This document shows, piece by piece, positions 1 through 10,100 of a DNA stretch of 64,000 bases (position 1 is the first letter of the stretch; every line of letters begins with the position of its first letter). The position numbers and the translations under genes were made by a program. The notes beneath the pieces were generated by a model. That model was not told the origin of the DNA. It worked only from the letters and a program-made list of their open reading frames with translations, and made no database searches. Source of the stretch: Bacteroidota bacterium (GTDB lineage Bacteria; Bacteroidota; Bacteroidia; Bacteroidales; UBA10428); contig CP065006.1 in NCBI GenBank assembly GCA_016699695.1, forward strand, positions 2,589,435-2,653,434, in the 5' to 3' direction.

Positions 1-2401
1 TTAAAAAGTTATTTTGTTGATCAGGATTTTGTTTTTTGTTTCTGTGGTAATCGCCATTGAAATATACCTTGTAGGATACCGATGGTAGGATAGGCAAAAA
101 GCTTATCTGGTAGAGCGATAAGGGTTTATAGTCATTGGAGTAATCAGGAGGCAACATTTCGCCTCCGGCATTGGTGTTATAGTAATAGTAATACGGGTTT
201 TGCCTGTTATAGGCGTTATACACCGAAAATGTCCATACGGCCTGGTTTCCCCTGTCGGTTTTAGTGGAGTAATTAAACGAAATATCGAGCCGGTGATAGG
301 GTTTTAACCGCCCGCTGTTGCGTGCGCCATAGATAAGGGCTTCATAGATATCGGAATGATAATAGGCATCGTAACCCGAAGCGGAAGTATATTGCCTGCC
401 AACCGCAGGTGTATAAGGTATGCCCGATTGATAGATCCATGCCAGGTTTACCTGCCATTTTTCATTCAGTTGGTGAATAATTCCTGTGGAGAAACTATGA
501 GGCCGGTCGAAATCGAATAAAAATTCATTCCCCTTATTGATATTGCCATACTCCCGGGTGGTATGCGACCAGGTATAACTCAAAAATCCTGTCCAGTTTC
601 CGTAATTCTTTCGGCCAAAAACCTCCAGTCCTTCTGATTTGCCTTTGCCTCCTGTTTCAATTTTCGATTTCCAGTTCGGATCACCCATAATGGTCGAATA
701 TCCTTCTTTATAGGTTGCCAGATTGGCCATGTTTTTATAATACAAGTTAAATTCCACACTATAAGCCCCTTCAGAAAGGTTTGCCTGCCAGCCAATTGTA
801 TACTGGTCGGCATAAGAAGGCTGAATGGTTTGGTCGGAAGGAATCCAGATTTCGTTGTTGTTGATACTTCCTGGCGTAAACAACAGATGCGAATATTGAT
901 ACACCCTCATAAAACTCAGGTTGACAGAATGGGTAGTGTTCAACCCAAAGTTCAGAAGAATACGCGGTTCAACGTGAAAGGCTGTATAGTTGCTGGTTGC
1001 GTAATTGTTGAGCCTGAGACCTACATTGGCATAAGATCTTTCGAGAAATTTAAAATGGTTTTCGACAAAAACACTCGATTGAAGGGCATTGATTGGCTCT
1101 GCATTCTGCTGCTGTTGGTTGCTCTGGGTAGTTTGGTTTGGTAAATTAACAAGGTAAGATGAATGCAAGCCAAATTCAAGCGAGTAGTTTCTTGCCACAT
1201 TGTATTTCCAATCGGAGAACAAAGAAAAATCTTTTATAGAGGAGAGAAATTCTTTTGTATAATCATACTCGCCCTCACCTGTTTTAGTAATAAACTCCTG
1301 TGAGTTTTTAAGCCTGTAACGCGTTACAGAAAGGCTGTTTGCTGACCGTAATTTACCCGAAAAGATTGTATTCCATTTTGCCGATAGCAGCCAATTACCC
1401 CAAATATAGCCTGTGGTTCTTTTTTCACCCTCTTGCAGTTCGCTGCTCTTCATTTTGTAATGAAGGTAATCATCGCCCTGGTATAAATTGAGGTGCACAC
1501 TATTTTTTGTATTCGGTTTCCAGCTATACTTTGCATTGATATCGTGAAAACCATAAAATAAGGTATAATAGTTTCCATCGGCTACCTGCGTTAACAATGC
1601 CGAAAATAGCCCCAGAAAAGAAGTTCGGCCTGTAACAATAAAGGTCGATTTCTTTTTTATGGGCCCTTCGATGCTGAATGACAAATCGGTAATACCAATA
1701 CTAAATGAACCTTTTAAGCCCGATGCACTTCCTTCGCGCTGGGCAATATCTACAATGGAAGAAAGTTTGCCTCCATATTTTGCCGGAAACCCTCCTTTGT
1801 ACACATTCACATTGTTGATCATATCGGGGTTAAAAACCGAGGTAAAACCACCCAGATGGTTGACATAAATTAACGGAGTATTGTCTATCAGATATTGGTT
1901 CTGCCCGGGATCGCCGCCACGAACCAATAATAGACTGGAACCTTCGTTAGTGGTTTGAATACCAGGCAACAATTGAATAGTTTTTAGCACATCGGGCTGG
2001 GAGCCTAAGGATGGAAGAAATTGTAACTCTTTAATCGAAAGGCTGGAAACATTCGGAATCTGTGCTTTTGGGGCATTCACGATCACTTCTTCCAACAGGT
2101 TATCAGATGTTAGCTCAACCTGTATAATTGTATCTGTTATTGATTCAGTTTTAATTATTAAACGATTATACCCGACATAAACCACCTCTAAACAAGCATT
2201 GTTTGCGACTATGATAGAAAAGTAGCCGTTATTGTCGGTGATGGTTGCATGGTGTGTGCCTTGCTCAAGAATATGGCTACCCACCAGCAATTCGCCTGTG
2301 CCTTTATCCTTTACAAACCCCGAAACCCTGACCTGTGAATGCAGAAAAAGATTGTGCAGGACAATAAAACCTAAAAGAGTAACTGTTTTCCTAAACCCCA
2401 T
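1..2401 (-). CDS. TonB-dependent outer-membrane receptor (C-terminal end runs off the window start)
   Basis: Absent from the ORF track because it is open to the window edge. My translation from the reverse-strand ATG (2401-2399) gives MGFRKTVTLLGFIVLHNLFLHSQVRVSGFVKDKGTGELLVGSHILEQG..., a signal peptide plus CarboxypepD_reg-like start. A plug-like stretch follows: LPSLGSQPDVLKTIQLLPGIQTTNEGSSLLLVRGGDPGQNQYLIDNTPLIY...VYKGGFPAKYGG. The frame is still open at nt 2-4. Confidence 0.85.
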   Translation of the reverse strand, partial: MGFRKTVTLLGFIVLHNLFLHSQVRVSGFVKDKGTGELLVGSHILEQGTHHATITDNNGYFSIIVANNACLEVVYVGYNRLIIKTESITDTIIQVELTSDNLLEEVIVNAPKAQIPNVSSLSIKELQFLPSLGSQPDVLKTIQLLPGIQTTNEGSSLLLVRGGDPGQNQYLIDNTPLIYVNHLGGFTSVFNPDMINNVNVYKGGFPAKYGGKLSSIVDIAQREGSASGLKGSFSIGITDLSFSIEGPIKKKSTFIVTGRTSFLGLFSALLTQVADGNYYTLFYGFHDINAKYSWKPNTKNSVHLNLYQGDDYLHYKMKSSELQEGEKRTTGYIWGNWLLSAKWNTIFSGKLRSANSLSVTRYRLKNSQEFITKTGEGEYDYTKEFLSSIKDFSLFSDWKYNVARNYSLEFGLHSSYLVNLPNQTTQSNQQQQNAEPINALQSSVFVENHFKFLERSYANVGLRLNNYATSNYTAFHVEPRILLNFGLNTTHSVNLSFMRVYQYSHLLFTPGSINNNEIWIPSDQTIQPSYADQYTIGWQANLSEGAYSVEFNLYYKNMANLATYKEGYSTIMGDPNWKSKIETGGKGKSEGLEVFGRKNYGNWTGFLSYTWSHTTREYGNINKGNEFLFDFDRPHSFSTGIIHQLNEKWQVNLAWIYQSGIPYTPAVGRQYTSASGYDAYYHSDIYEALIYGARNSGRLKPYHRLDISFNYSTKTDRGNQAVWTFSVYNAYNRQNPYYYYYNTNAGGEMLPPDYSNDYKPLSLYQISFLPILPSVSYKVYFNGDYHRNKKQNPDQQNNFL

Positions 2402-2406
2402 AGTTT

Positions 2407-3357
2407 TTAATAATAATAAGTTTCAGGTTGAACGGTATCGGAAACCACCAGGGAATATCCCGCAAAAATGCCATATCCATCTTCGATATTCGAATACAGA
2501 TTAAAATTTGTTACTGCACCTGTACCGACTTCAGTGGGGTACCTTCCTGTTTCATAAAGGTATAATTGCTTCAAATACAGATAGTAGTCATAAGAAATTG
2601 CCCGAAGCTCAACAAGAAGTGGATCTAAGTTATTCTGCGAGCCCGAAGTATAATTAAGAAGCATGGTATACGAATCAGTTTTAATCAGCTCGTTGCTAAA
2701 TACAGGAATAGGAACTCCTTCGTGAAGTAAAACAGGATCTGTGATGTGTATCAATTGGGCGAATGTCACTGTATCGTATTGTATAAGTTTAATTGCAATC
2801 TGAAAATAAAGTGCTTCATCCGGCTTATTCTTAAATGTTACTTTCAGGGCAGGGTATGTATTGCCCTCTTCATCTATGCCGGCATAATTAATACTTTGTA
2901 TCGCCAATATTTCAGGAGTATCGGGAATGGTGTTGCTGCAAACGATGGTTTCATAGCCAGGAATCGTGACCTGAAGGGTATAAGTTTCAAGTGGCTGAAC
3001 AACAGTTTTGGCCTGGTAAATGCTATTTCCGATGGATGTAAGGGTATCATTCTCCCTCGAACCTGAAGCCACGATTACAAGGGCATTTTCTATCCCTGCA
3101 AGTTTCGAGTTGCCGATTTTATCGGTAAACGATACATGCACTTTAAGTAAACTGTCGGCAATTAAAATGCTGTTAATTACAGGAATGGATGGAAAGTCAG
3201 GAAAATCGTCCTCCACAAGCTTTCGACAACATACCGTATTGTAGGCAAGCAGTATTAAAACAATAAGCCGACTAAACCAATAAATTGACCCAAAAGCTTT
3301 TGGACTTTTAAACCCAACAGTGTATAGAGGTATTTTTTTCATTTGCTTTTGGGTCAA
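2407..3357 (-). CDS. DUF4249-like lipoprotein (partner of the TonB-dependent receptor)
   Basis: 316-aa ORF ending 5 nt before the receptor start. It has a hydrophobic N-terminus with Cys (LLAYNTVCC). The C-terminal NIEDGYGIFAGYS motif is, as I recall, typical of DUF4249 proteins encoded next to TonB receptors. Confidence 0.7.
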   Translation of the reverse strand: MTQKQMKKIPLYTVGFKSPKAFGSIYWFSRLIVLILLAYNTVCCRKLVEDDFPDFPSIPVINSILIADSLLKVHVSFTDKIGNSKLAGIENALVIVASGSRENDTLTSIGNSIYQAKTVVQPLETYTLQVTIPGYETIVCSNTIPDTPEILAIQSINYAGIDEEGNTYPALKVTFKNKPDEALYFQIAIKLIQYDTVTFAQLIHITDPVLLHEGVPIPVFSNELIKTDSYTMLLNYTSGSQNNLDPLLVELRAISYDYYLYLKQLYLYETGRYPTEVGTGAVTNFNLYSNIEDGYGIFAGYSLVVSDTVQPETYYY

Positions 3358-3369
3358 AATATAAATGGA

Positions 3370-4350
3370 TTAGTTACATACTAAGTCTGCATAGCAAGGT
3401 TTTGGTATCGATGCAAAGCAATTGTAGCGAACAAAATATGAGTCAATTGGAATACCGTACATAGGGCCAAATCCAAAATCCAAATCCACCGCAGTATTTG
3501 TAATATTCCCTGAGTGATTAAAATAATTTAAAGTAAAAGGAAAATATCTGCCACCAAAGGTAACTGTTGCATCGAACCTTGCATTAATGGTTCGACTGCA
3601 ACCAAACCATATACCTAAGGTTCTTTTTTGCGCATAAGCCTCATATTTAAAAGCAAGGAAAGAATTAAAAGGGTTACCCAAAGGATCAGTTGTACGGACA
3701 GAAGTAGCCCATATTTTTATAACAACCCTTTCACTACCATTTGCGTGAAAATCACTAGCAGCATTACCACATGCGGCCAATCCACTTTTACAATTTATTA
3801 CTGATGCATTAAAGGTATAAAGATATCTACCATCAGATTGATAAGACAATATATTCTCCTCCTTGATGTTGGTAAGGTTTTGTGAATTTTCTAATGATGT
3901 TGATACAACACCATTGTCAAAAACTCTGTAAACTCTATTACCAATCTGATACATCTTGTTTTCATTCATAATAAATTTTTCAGTTGAATGGAAGTTCTTG
4001 GGCATAATGGAGGTTTCTCCATCCTCATCAACTTCAATTTGAAGGTAATTGCTATTTTCCTCTACAAATCTTAAAATTTCTTCCATACTTTTAAAATTTT
4101 CAGGTACAATCGTACTGTAAAATTCCTCGCAAAGACGACCAAAAGATTTGTATCCTTTTGCATCCTCATAAGCTATTAACTCCTCTAATTGCATATGCGA
4201 TGTTTTCTTAATTAGTGTATCCATTTCTTGAGGTGAATTGAATACTAACATCTTGTTATCATTTAGTTGTTGAATAGGCATTTCCTCTTTCTCATTACAA
4301 CCGTTAATTATGAGTAAAGTGAATAGTAATAAAACAATTAAATTTTTCAT
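3370..4350 (-). CDS. hypothetical Cys-rich lipoprotein (AT-rich gene)
   Basis: 326-aa ORF with a lipoprotein signal MKNLIVLLLFTLLIINGC. It lies 12 nt upstream of the DUF4249 gene on the same strand. I recognise no family. The gene is visibly more AT-rich than its neighbours. Confidence 0.6.
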   Translation of the reverse strand: MKNLIVLLLFTLLIINGCNEKEEMPIQQLNDNKMLVFNSPQEMDTLIKKTSHMQLEELIAYEDAKGYKSFGRLCEEFYSTIVPENFKSMEEILRFVEENSNYLQIEVDEDGETSIMPKNFHSTEKFIMNENKMYQIGNRVYRVFDNGVVSTSLENSQNLTNIKEENILSYQSDGRYLYTFNASVINCKSGLAACGNAASDFHANGSERVVIKIWATSVRTTDPLGNPFNSFLAFKYEAYAQKRTLGIWFGCSRTINARFDATVTFGGRYFPFTLNYFNHSGNITNTAVDLDFGFGPMYGIPIDSYFVRYNCFASIPKPCYADLVCN

Positions 4351-4395
4351 ATTTTTACTTGATTTTTTAAGGCTTGGCCTTGATAATTAATACCT

Positions 4396-4432
4396 GGCAG
4401 CATAGTTTCGCAGACTATGTTGCCTTTTTTTT
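4396..4432 (+). terminator. strong plus-strand intrinsic terminator with no plus-strand gene upstream
   Basis: The stem pairs ggcagcatagt (4396-4406) with actatgttgcc (4414-4424): 11 bp with one G-U pair and a 7-nt loop. T8 follows at 4425-4432. On the minus strand no U-tract follows the hairpin. Confidence 0.5.
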
Positions 4433-4618
4433 GGATTGTTTTTTTGTTTAGGTGGGGGTCAGGAATTCTTGCTTTTTTCCATAGGCAATTGAGAATTAAG
4501 TATATAATTGAATATCAACATTTTTAACATTACTTTCTTCTAACGTTTGAATGAATCTTTTACGCATAAAAAAACCGTTTAATAAAACACTATATCATCA
4601 ACCTATCTGCAAGGGCAA

Positions 4619-4726
4619 TACCCCCCCCAGCATCCTCTCCTAGGTTAATCAATTGGTTTTAAAAACGGCATTCACTCAGAGTAAATATATGCAGGAATTT
4701 TTAAAAAATATACACGGGGGGGGGTA
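4619..4726. repeat. inverted homopolymer pair TA-C8 ... G9-TA bracketing an 87-nt AT-rich segment
   Basis: C8 lies at 4621-4628 and G9 at 4716-4724. Each run has TA on its outer side, giving a 10-bp inverted repeat. The element sits in a ~600-bp non-coding gap. Confidence 0.6.
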
Positions 4727-4882
4727 ATTTAGAATTAGTCTAAGTTAAAAAGGAGTGTTGCAAAAGATGAGTTTCGCGTTAATGTCGATGGCTATCGAGA
4801 CGCGCCATAGGAAGGAGTTTAATAAAGCTAAGTTCATAGGCATTAGAGGATAAATTTTATTATGAACTCATCACTGCATCTA

Positions 4883-4928
4883 TAAAACCAAATTGCCTTT
4901 CGGTTAATTCACTAACCAAAAGGCAATT
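4883..4928 (-). terminator. intrinsic terminator of the 265-aa lipoprotein gene
   Basis: The hairpin pairs aattgcctttcggtta (4891-4906) with taaccaaaaggcaatt (4913-4928), 15 of 16 bases paired. A U-rich tail follows on the minus strand, about 20 nt after the stop at 4947. Confidence 0.55.
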
Positions 4929-4946
4929 CAAAATGCATAAGAAAAA

Positions 4947-5684
4947 TTAGTTTTTGCGGTTAATAAAAACCTCGTCGAGAATATATTGTTGGGCAATGCC
5001 ATAGGTGTCGTACTTAAACGAAACTGCCGGATTGGCCGGGTTATGGTAAAGTGTAATGTTTTCGTTAAGCAATGCGTGGTCAGTGATGGTAATGTTGCCC
5101 GATGTTTTCAGCACAGAAAGATTGTATTTTTCGTTGGGTAGGTCTACAGTAACCATAAATGTGTGAACCTCGCCATTGGGTATTGTTCCAACTAAGGTTC
5201 CGTCATCGGTGGCAATGTTTTCGACAAGCTTTACATCGCCATTGGCAAGTATTTTTATGCGGGCTGCCACCACTCCGCTACCATCGGAACAATCGATGTA
5301 AAGGTCAGGGCCGGTGGTATTAAATTCCTTTTTTGCCGACCACACAAAAGTAATGGCTTTAGAGAAATTAGTGCTTTTAGCACGGAACCCCAGCCAGCTC
5401 GAATGGCCTCCCACGCTGCCAGAGGGCGAAACACTTTTGTATTCAAGCGATTTCTGGGCGGGATTCGCTGGGGTGGCTATTACTTCTAATTGGGTTTCTA
5501 TTTCAGGCACATAGGTCATGGCATCGCCAGTAGGGTTGCCGGGAAGGGTTTTGTCGGGCAAGCTCCCGATGGTATCAGATTCGAATTTGGCACTTAGCAT
5601 TGAAGTGCAACTTGTAAACAATACAGAAACGAAAAAACTTCCTGCTAATAAAATAGCAAGTCCTGGTTGGCTTGTGGTTTTCAT
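4947..5684 (-). CDS. hypothetical lipoprotein
   Basis: ORF 4947..5744. I prefer the internal start at 5684, which gives MKTTSQPGLAILLAGSFFVSVLFTSCTS, a lipoprotein signal with a lipobox Cys. I recognise no family. Confidence 0.6.
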   Translation of the reverse strand: MKTTSQPGLAILLAGSFFVSVLFTSCTSMLSAKFESDTIGSLPDKTLPGNPTGDAMTYVPEIETQLEVIATPANPAQKSLEYKSVSPSGSVGGHSSWLGFRAKSTNFSKAITFVWSAKKEFNTTGPDLYIDCSDGSGVVAARIKILANGDVKLVENIATDDGTLVGTIPNGEVHTFMVTVDLPNEKYNLSVLKTSGNITITDHALLNENITLYHNPANPAVSFKYDTYGIAQQYILDEVFINRKN

Positions 5685-5908
5685 GGTTGGATCTTTTTGA
5701 GGTAAAACATTTATATCACAGCTAAAAGTCAATTTTTTAGCCAAGTGAAAAATTACAAAATTTTAGAAAAGATGTTAGCAGTGCAGCTGTCTAAATTATT
5801 TCTAAATAAGCTGCAATAGATTGTAAGATAAATGATAACAGATACTCACGAGCTCGATTAGCCTGTTTAATTGTTCTTAAGTCTATAAGGAATTACAGGC
5901 TTCGAAGT

Positions 5909-6988
5909 TTATTCGATGAAACCGCTCAACCATAAAAATTGCTTGTAATTCTCCGGATCGTTGGTAATGAGGGTAACCCCTTTGCAATTGTTTCCTCTGA
6001 ATCCGGATGAGTTGAATTCAATCACTACATGGGTGGAGTCGCCTGGGGGAATTAGTGTTTTTTGTGGCATGGCAGCTGTGCATCCGCAACTCGATTTTAC
6101 GGCCCTTATCACCAGATCGCGACCACCGGTATTGTATACCGGAAACTCTACCTGTACAACTTTGCCATGAGAAATGGTATCGAAAAACATGGTGTCAATA
6201 GGCAATGTGGCTTTTGGTTTCACCAGCAAGTCAGCCTCAGTCAAGAACAGGAAGTTTTCGCGAATATTGGCCGATACGATCAACTGGTTTGTATCGGGTT
6301 TCTGACCTTTTACCTTAATGCTTACCCGGTCTATTACAAAATCCCAATCGTCGACTAACTCAGTGTTGTAGGTAAAGGCTACATATCCGGTAGAGTTTGG
6401 GGCCAGTTTATCGAACATTTTTTGTATGCTCAGGTGGGCTGGTAAATCGCTAAAGGAAATATCAATGGCTTTGTTGCTAAGATTTCGAACAGGAAGAAAC
6501 TGCGTTGGCTTGTCGCCCTTGTAAATGTAACCAAAACTTTGTTGAAGCTGCCTGAGGGCAATGGCACCCATTTGGTATTTAAATTCGCCTTTGCGTGTGC
6601 CCGAAACAACAATCCCTTTCACCTCCAGGGGGCTGGGAGAATTTACGGCATTACTGAAAACCATCAACTTCTTATCGAAAAAGCCTGTTTTTCCAACCGG
6701 ATTGATCGTGGCGCTTATTTTGGCAGTATGCAATGGAAGTATCGGATCTTTCGTAAAGGATACATCCGACAAGCCGGGGGCAATAATTCTGTGTATGACA
6801 AGGGCAGAATCGCCAGAATTGGTGAATGTAAACTCTATCGGAAAGCTGCCGTCGGCTTCATAGGCAGGTTCAAAATACAGGGTAGGCGAGTCGAATGCTA
6901 TACGGGCACTGTCGGCAGAGGAAGCAGAAAGATTCAGAATGAACACAATGCTTATGATTGTCAAGGAAGTATATCGCAGCATGAACAT
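5909..6988 (-). CDS. DUF1573 domain-containing secreted protein
   Basis: 359 aa with a signal peptide. The C-terminal module has the KSSCGCT motif characteristic of DUF1573, and an earlier related repeat (FTFTNSGDSALVI / FPVYNTGGRDLVI) is present. Confidence 0.7.
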   Translation of the reverse strand: MFMLRYTSLTIISIVFILNLSASSADSARIAFDSPTLYFEPAYEADGSFPIEFTFTNSGDSALVIHRIIAPGLSDVSFTKDPILPLHTAKISATINPVGKTGFFDKKLMVFSNAVNSPSPLEVKGIVVSGTRKGEFKYQMGAIALRQLQQSFGYIYKGDKPTQFLPVRNLSNKAIDISFSDLPAHLSIQKMFDKLAPNSTGYVAFTYNTELVDDWDFVIDRVSIKVKGQKPDTNQLIVSANIRENFLFLTEADLLVKPKATLPIDTMFFDTISHGKVVQVEFPVYNTGGRDLVIRAVKSSCGCTAAMPQKTLIPPGDSTHVVIEFNSSGFRGNNCKGVTLITNDPENYKQFLWLSGFIE

Positions 6989-7120
6989 TAAATTGATTTA
7001 AAAATTAAGTTATGCCATTTATACCAGTCGTGCAACTAAAAAGTTCCGGCTTGGGCGGTAAATTTCGGAGTAATTAATCTATTTTTATGCCTTCAAAGTT
7101 TAGCTTGTTATTTTTATTGG

Positions 7121-10100
7121 ATGGTAAAACGCATTTTAATTCCCCTGTTTTTGTGTTACCTCGCAAGCAATGTGAATGGCCAGTTTTACAATGGTCATCA
7201 GATGTTGTTTGGAAAAAATCGTGTGCAGTACCGCGAGTTTTATTGGAATTATTATCGATTTGACCGTTTTGATACTTATTACAGTGAAAATGGCGACAAG
7301 CTGGCTCGTTATGCTTCTGAATTTGCCGAAAAAGAAATTGAACGAATCGAGTCATTTTTTGATTATAATCTTGATAAGCGAATTATTTTTCTTGTTTACA
7401 ACAAGCTTTCCGATTTCCGGCAAAGCAACATCGGATTAGTTACCGGCAAAACTGAGTCGAACATCGGGGGTACTTTTCGTATCGACAACAACAAAGCATT
7501 TTTATATTTTGAAGGTGATTTTGAAGCATTCGAAAAACAAATTACCTCTGCCATTAGTCAAATACTGATCAGCGAAATGATTTACGGGCAGCAATTTCGC
7601 GACAATGCAGCCAATTCCACCCTCATAAACCTGCCAGCCTGGTACATAGATGGTTTGGTAGCTTACCTATCGAAAGACTGGGATTTTGAAACGGAAAACA
7701 GAGTGAAAGATGGAGTTGTAAATGGCAAGTACAAAAAATTCAATCGTTTACAAGGTGATGATGCTGCTTATGCGGGACACTCCTTCTGGCGTTATATCAG
7801 CGAGGTGTATGGTGAGTCGGTGATTCCGGGAATTTTATATATGACCAAGATAAACCGAAATGCCAACCAGGGTTTTTATTATGTCTTGGGCTCATCGATT
7901 AAAGACTTGTCGGCCGAATGGTTTTATTATTACAACGATTTGTATGCCTCACTGGAAGATACCGGTGAAGTCCCCTCTGGTAAACCTATCTTAAAGCGGC
8001 CAAAGAAAAAAAGAGTGTATCAGCAACTAAGCCTTAACCCTGTAAGTAATCATGTGGCTTATGTTACCAATACCAAAGGTCGCTATGCCATTTGGCTTTA
8101 CGATTCCAATACACAGAAACAAAAAAAGTTACTTCAGCGCGAGCACAAACTCGAGCAAATAACCGATTATTCTTATCCGGTGCTGGCATGGTACCCGAAT
8201 GGACGGATCTTAACCTTTATTGTCGAGGAAAAGGGCGGCCTGGTAATGTATTACTATACTTTTGGTGAGAAAAAACTTACCGCCAGGAATATTCTTTATT
8301 TCGATAAAGTGCTGGGCTATTCCTTCTCTCCCGATGGTTCTTTAATAGCCATTTCGGCAGTTAAAAACGGGCAGACCGATATTTTTGTACATTCGGTAGC
8401 TTCCGGAACCAATTTTCAGATTACCAACGATGTAGCCGATGACTTTAATCCACGTTTTATAAGCAATGGAAAGCAAATTATTTTTGCTTCCAACCGGGAG
8501 ACGGATTTACTTAGTGAAGAAATTGAAAAACAAACCCGTTCGTTTACACAAGACTTGTTTATATACGATTTTGAGAGTAAACCCGATAAGCTTTTCCGGC
8601 TTGCCGATTCGCCTTATGTAGAGAAAGATAAACCATACGAATTAGGAGCCAACCAGTTTATCTCACTCAGCAACAAGAGCGGTATCGTGAACCGTTACTA
8701 CTCAAAATTCGATAGCACCATCAGCTATGTCGATACAACCGTGCACTACCGTTATTATGCCATTACCCAACCCATATCGAATTATAGCAGGAGTATTTTG
8801 GACCAGGATTATAAGCCTTCGACCAATACCTTGGGAGAAATAGTGTTTTCGAAAGGGAAGTACAACATGTACCTCCATGAATTGGACCTTCCGGAAAATG
8901 GTTCCATAAAGCTTCAAGAAACCGATTTCAGACAGCAAAAAACACAGAAGCTTTTAATCGCAGACAGTATTAGTAAGATAAAAATTGCCAAAATTCCGCT
9001 CGATTCTGCACTCAACAACATCATAATCAGTGGCAACGACACCATTAATCTGATTGTCAGTGAAGTTGATATTAACAATTACCTGTTTGAAATTGAACGC
9101 GTTAAAATGTTAAACGCACAATTTAAAGACGAAAATATTCTATTGGAGATTGTTCCACCAAAAGATGAGGAGGCTGAAAGGGCCCGTATTTACCAGCGTG
9201 CATTTTACCAGGATTATGTGACAGGGCAAATCGATTTTAGTTTTCTAAGCGAGTCCTATCAGACCTTTACCGGTGGAGCAGTGTATTATAATCCCGGATT
9301 AAACCTGGCTTTTCGATTGGGCACAAAAGATTTATTCGAGAATTATCGTGTAATTGCCGGTTTACGCCTACCTCTCGATTTTCAAAGCAGCGAGTACCTC
9401 ATTGGTCTAGAGATGCTAAAAGACAGGTTAGACAAACAATTGTTTTTTCATAGGCAAAGTTTTAACGCATTGACCCAGGATGAAATACCCTACCAGGTGC
9501 GCAATGTCAGCAACCAGATTTATGGTGTTTTTCGCTATCCGTTCAGTCAGGTTGCATCGCTCTCGGCTACTATCGGAGCAAGACAGGATAAAACAATTTT
9601 TCAGCCGGTGAGCACTTCGCTTACGGTTATTAACCAGGCACTGGCCCAACCCAACGTCGAGAAACTCTGGATAACACCTAAACTTGAATATGTGTTCGAT
9701 AACACCCGGCAGCTCGGGTTAAACCTTCCTGCCGGTACGCGCCTAAAAATTTTTACGGAGTATTACCAGATGGTCAATAAACCCTATTCTAACCTGGTAA
9801 CCTGGGGAGCCGACGTAAGACATTACCTGGTGATACACCGAAACCTCATATGGGCCAATCGCATTGCTACCGGATCGTCGCTGGGTACTGCCAGGCTAAT
9901 CTATTACCTGGGTGGGGTCGATAACTGGACCAATCTTTCCAGCCGCACGCCTACTTTTATTCCGCTCAGCGAAATCAGGATTACTGATAACGTAAACTAT
10001 GCCTTTCAGACAGTGGCCACCAACATGAGAGGCTTTTCGCAGAATATCCGCAATGGAAGTAATTTCGCCCTTTTCAATTCTGAGCTTCGTTTACCAATCA

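Noticed and set aside
4767-4853. 28-aa ORF (MSFALMSMAIETRHRKEFNKAKFIGIRG) preceded by aaggag in the long non-coding gap
   Set aside because: It is too short to support. Shine-Dalgarno pairing is weak evidence in Bacteroidota. I kept it only as part of the intergenic-region finding.
6539-6991. 150-aa plus-strand ORF (and 6561..6863) overlapping the DUF1573 gene
   Set aside because: It is entirely antisense to a well-supported 359-aa gene. The sequence is Arg/Gly-rich and compositionally odd, with no start context. It is a typical shadow ORF.
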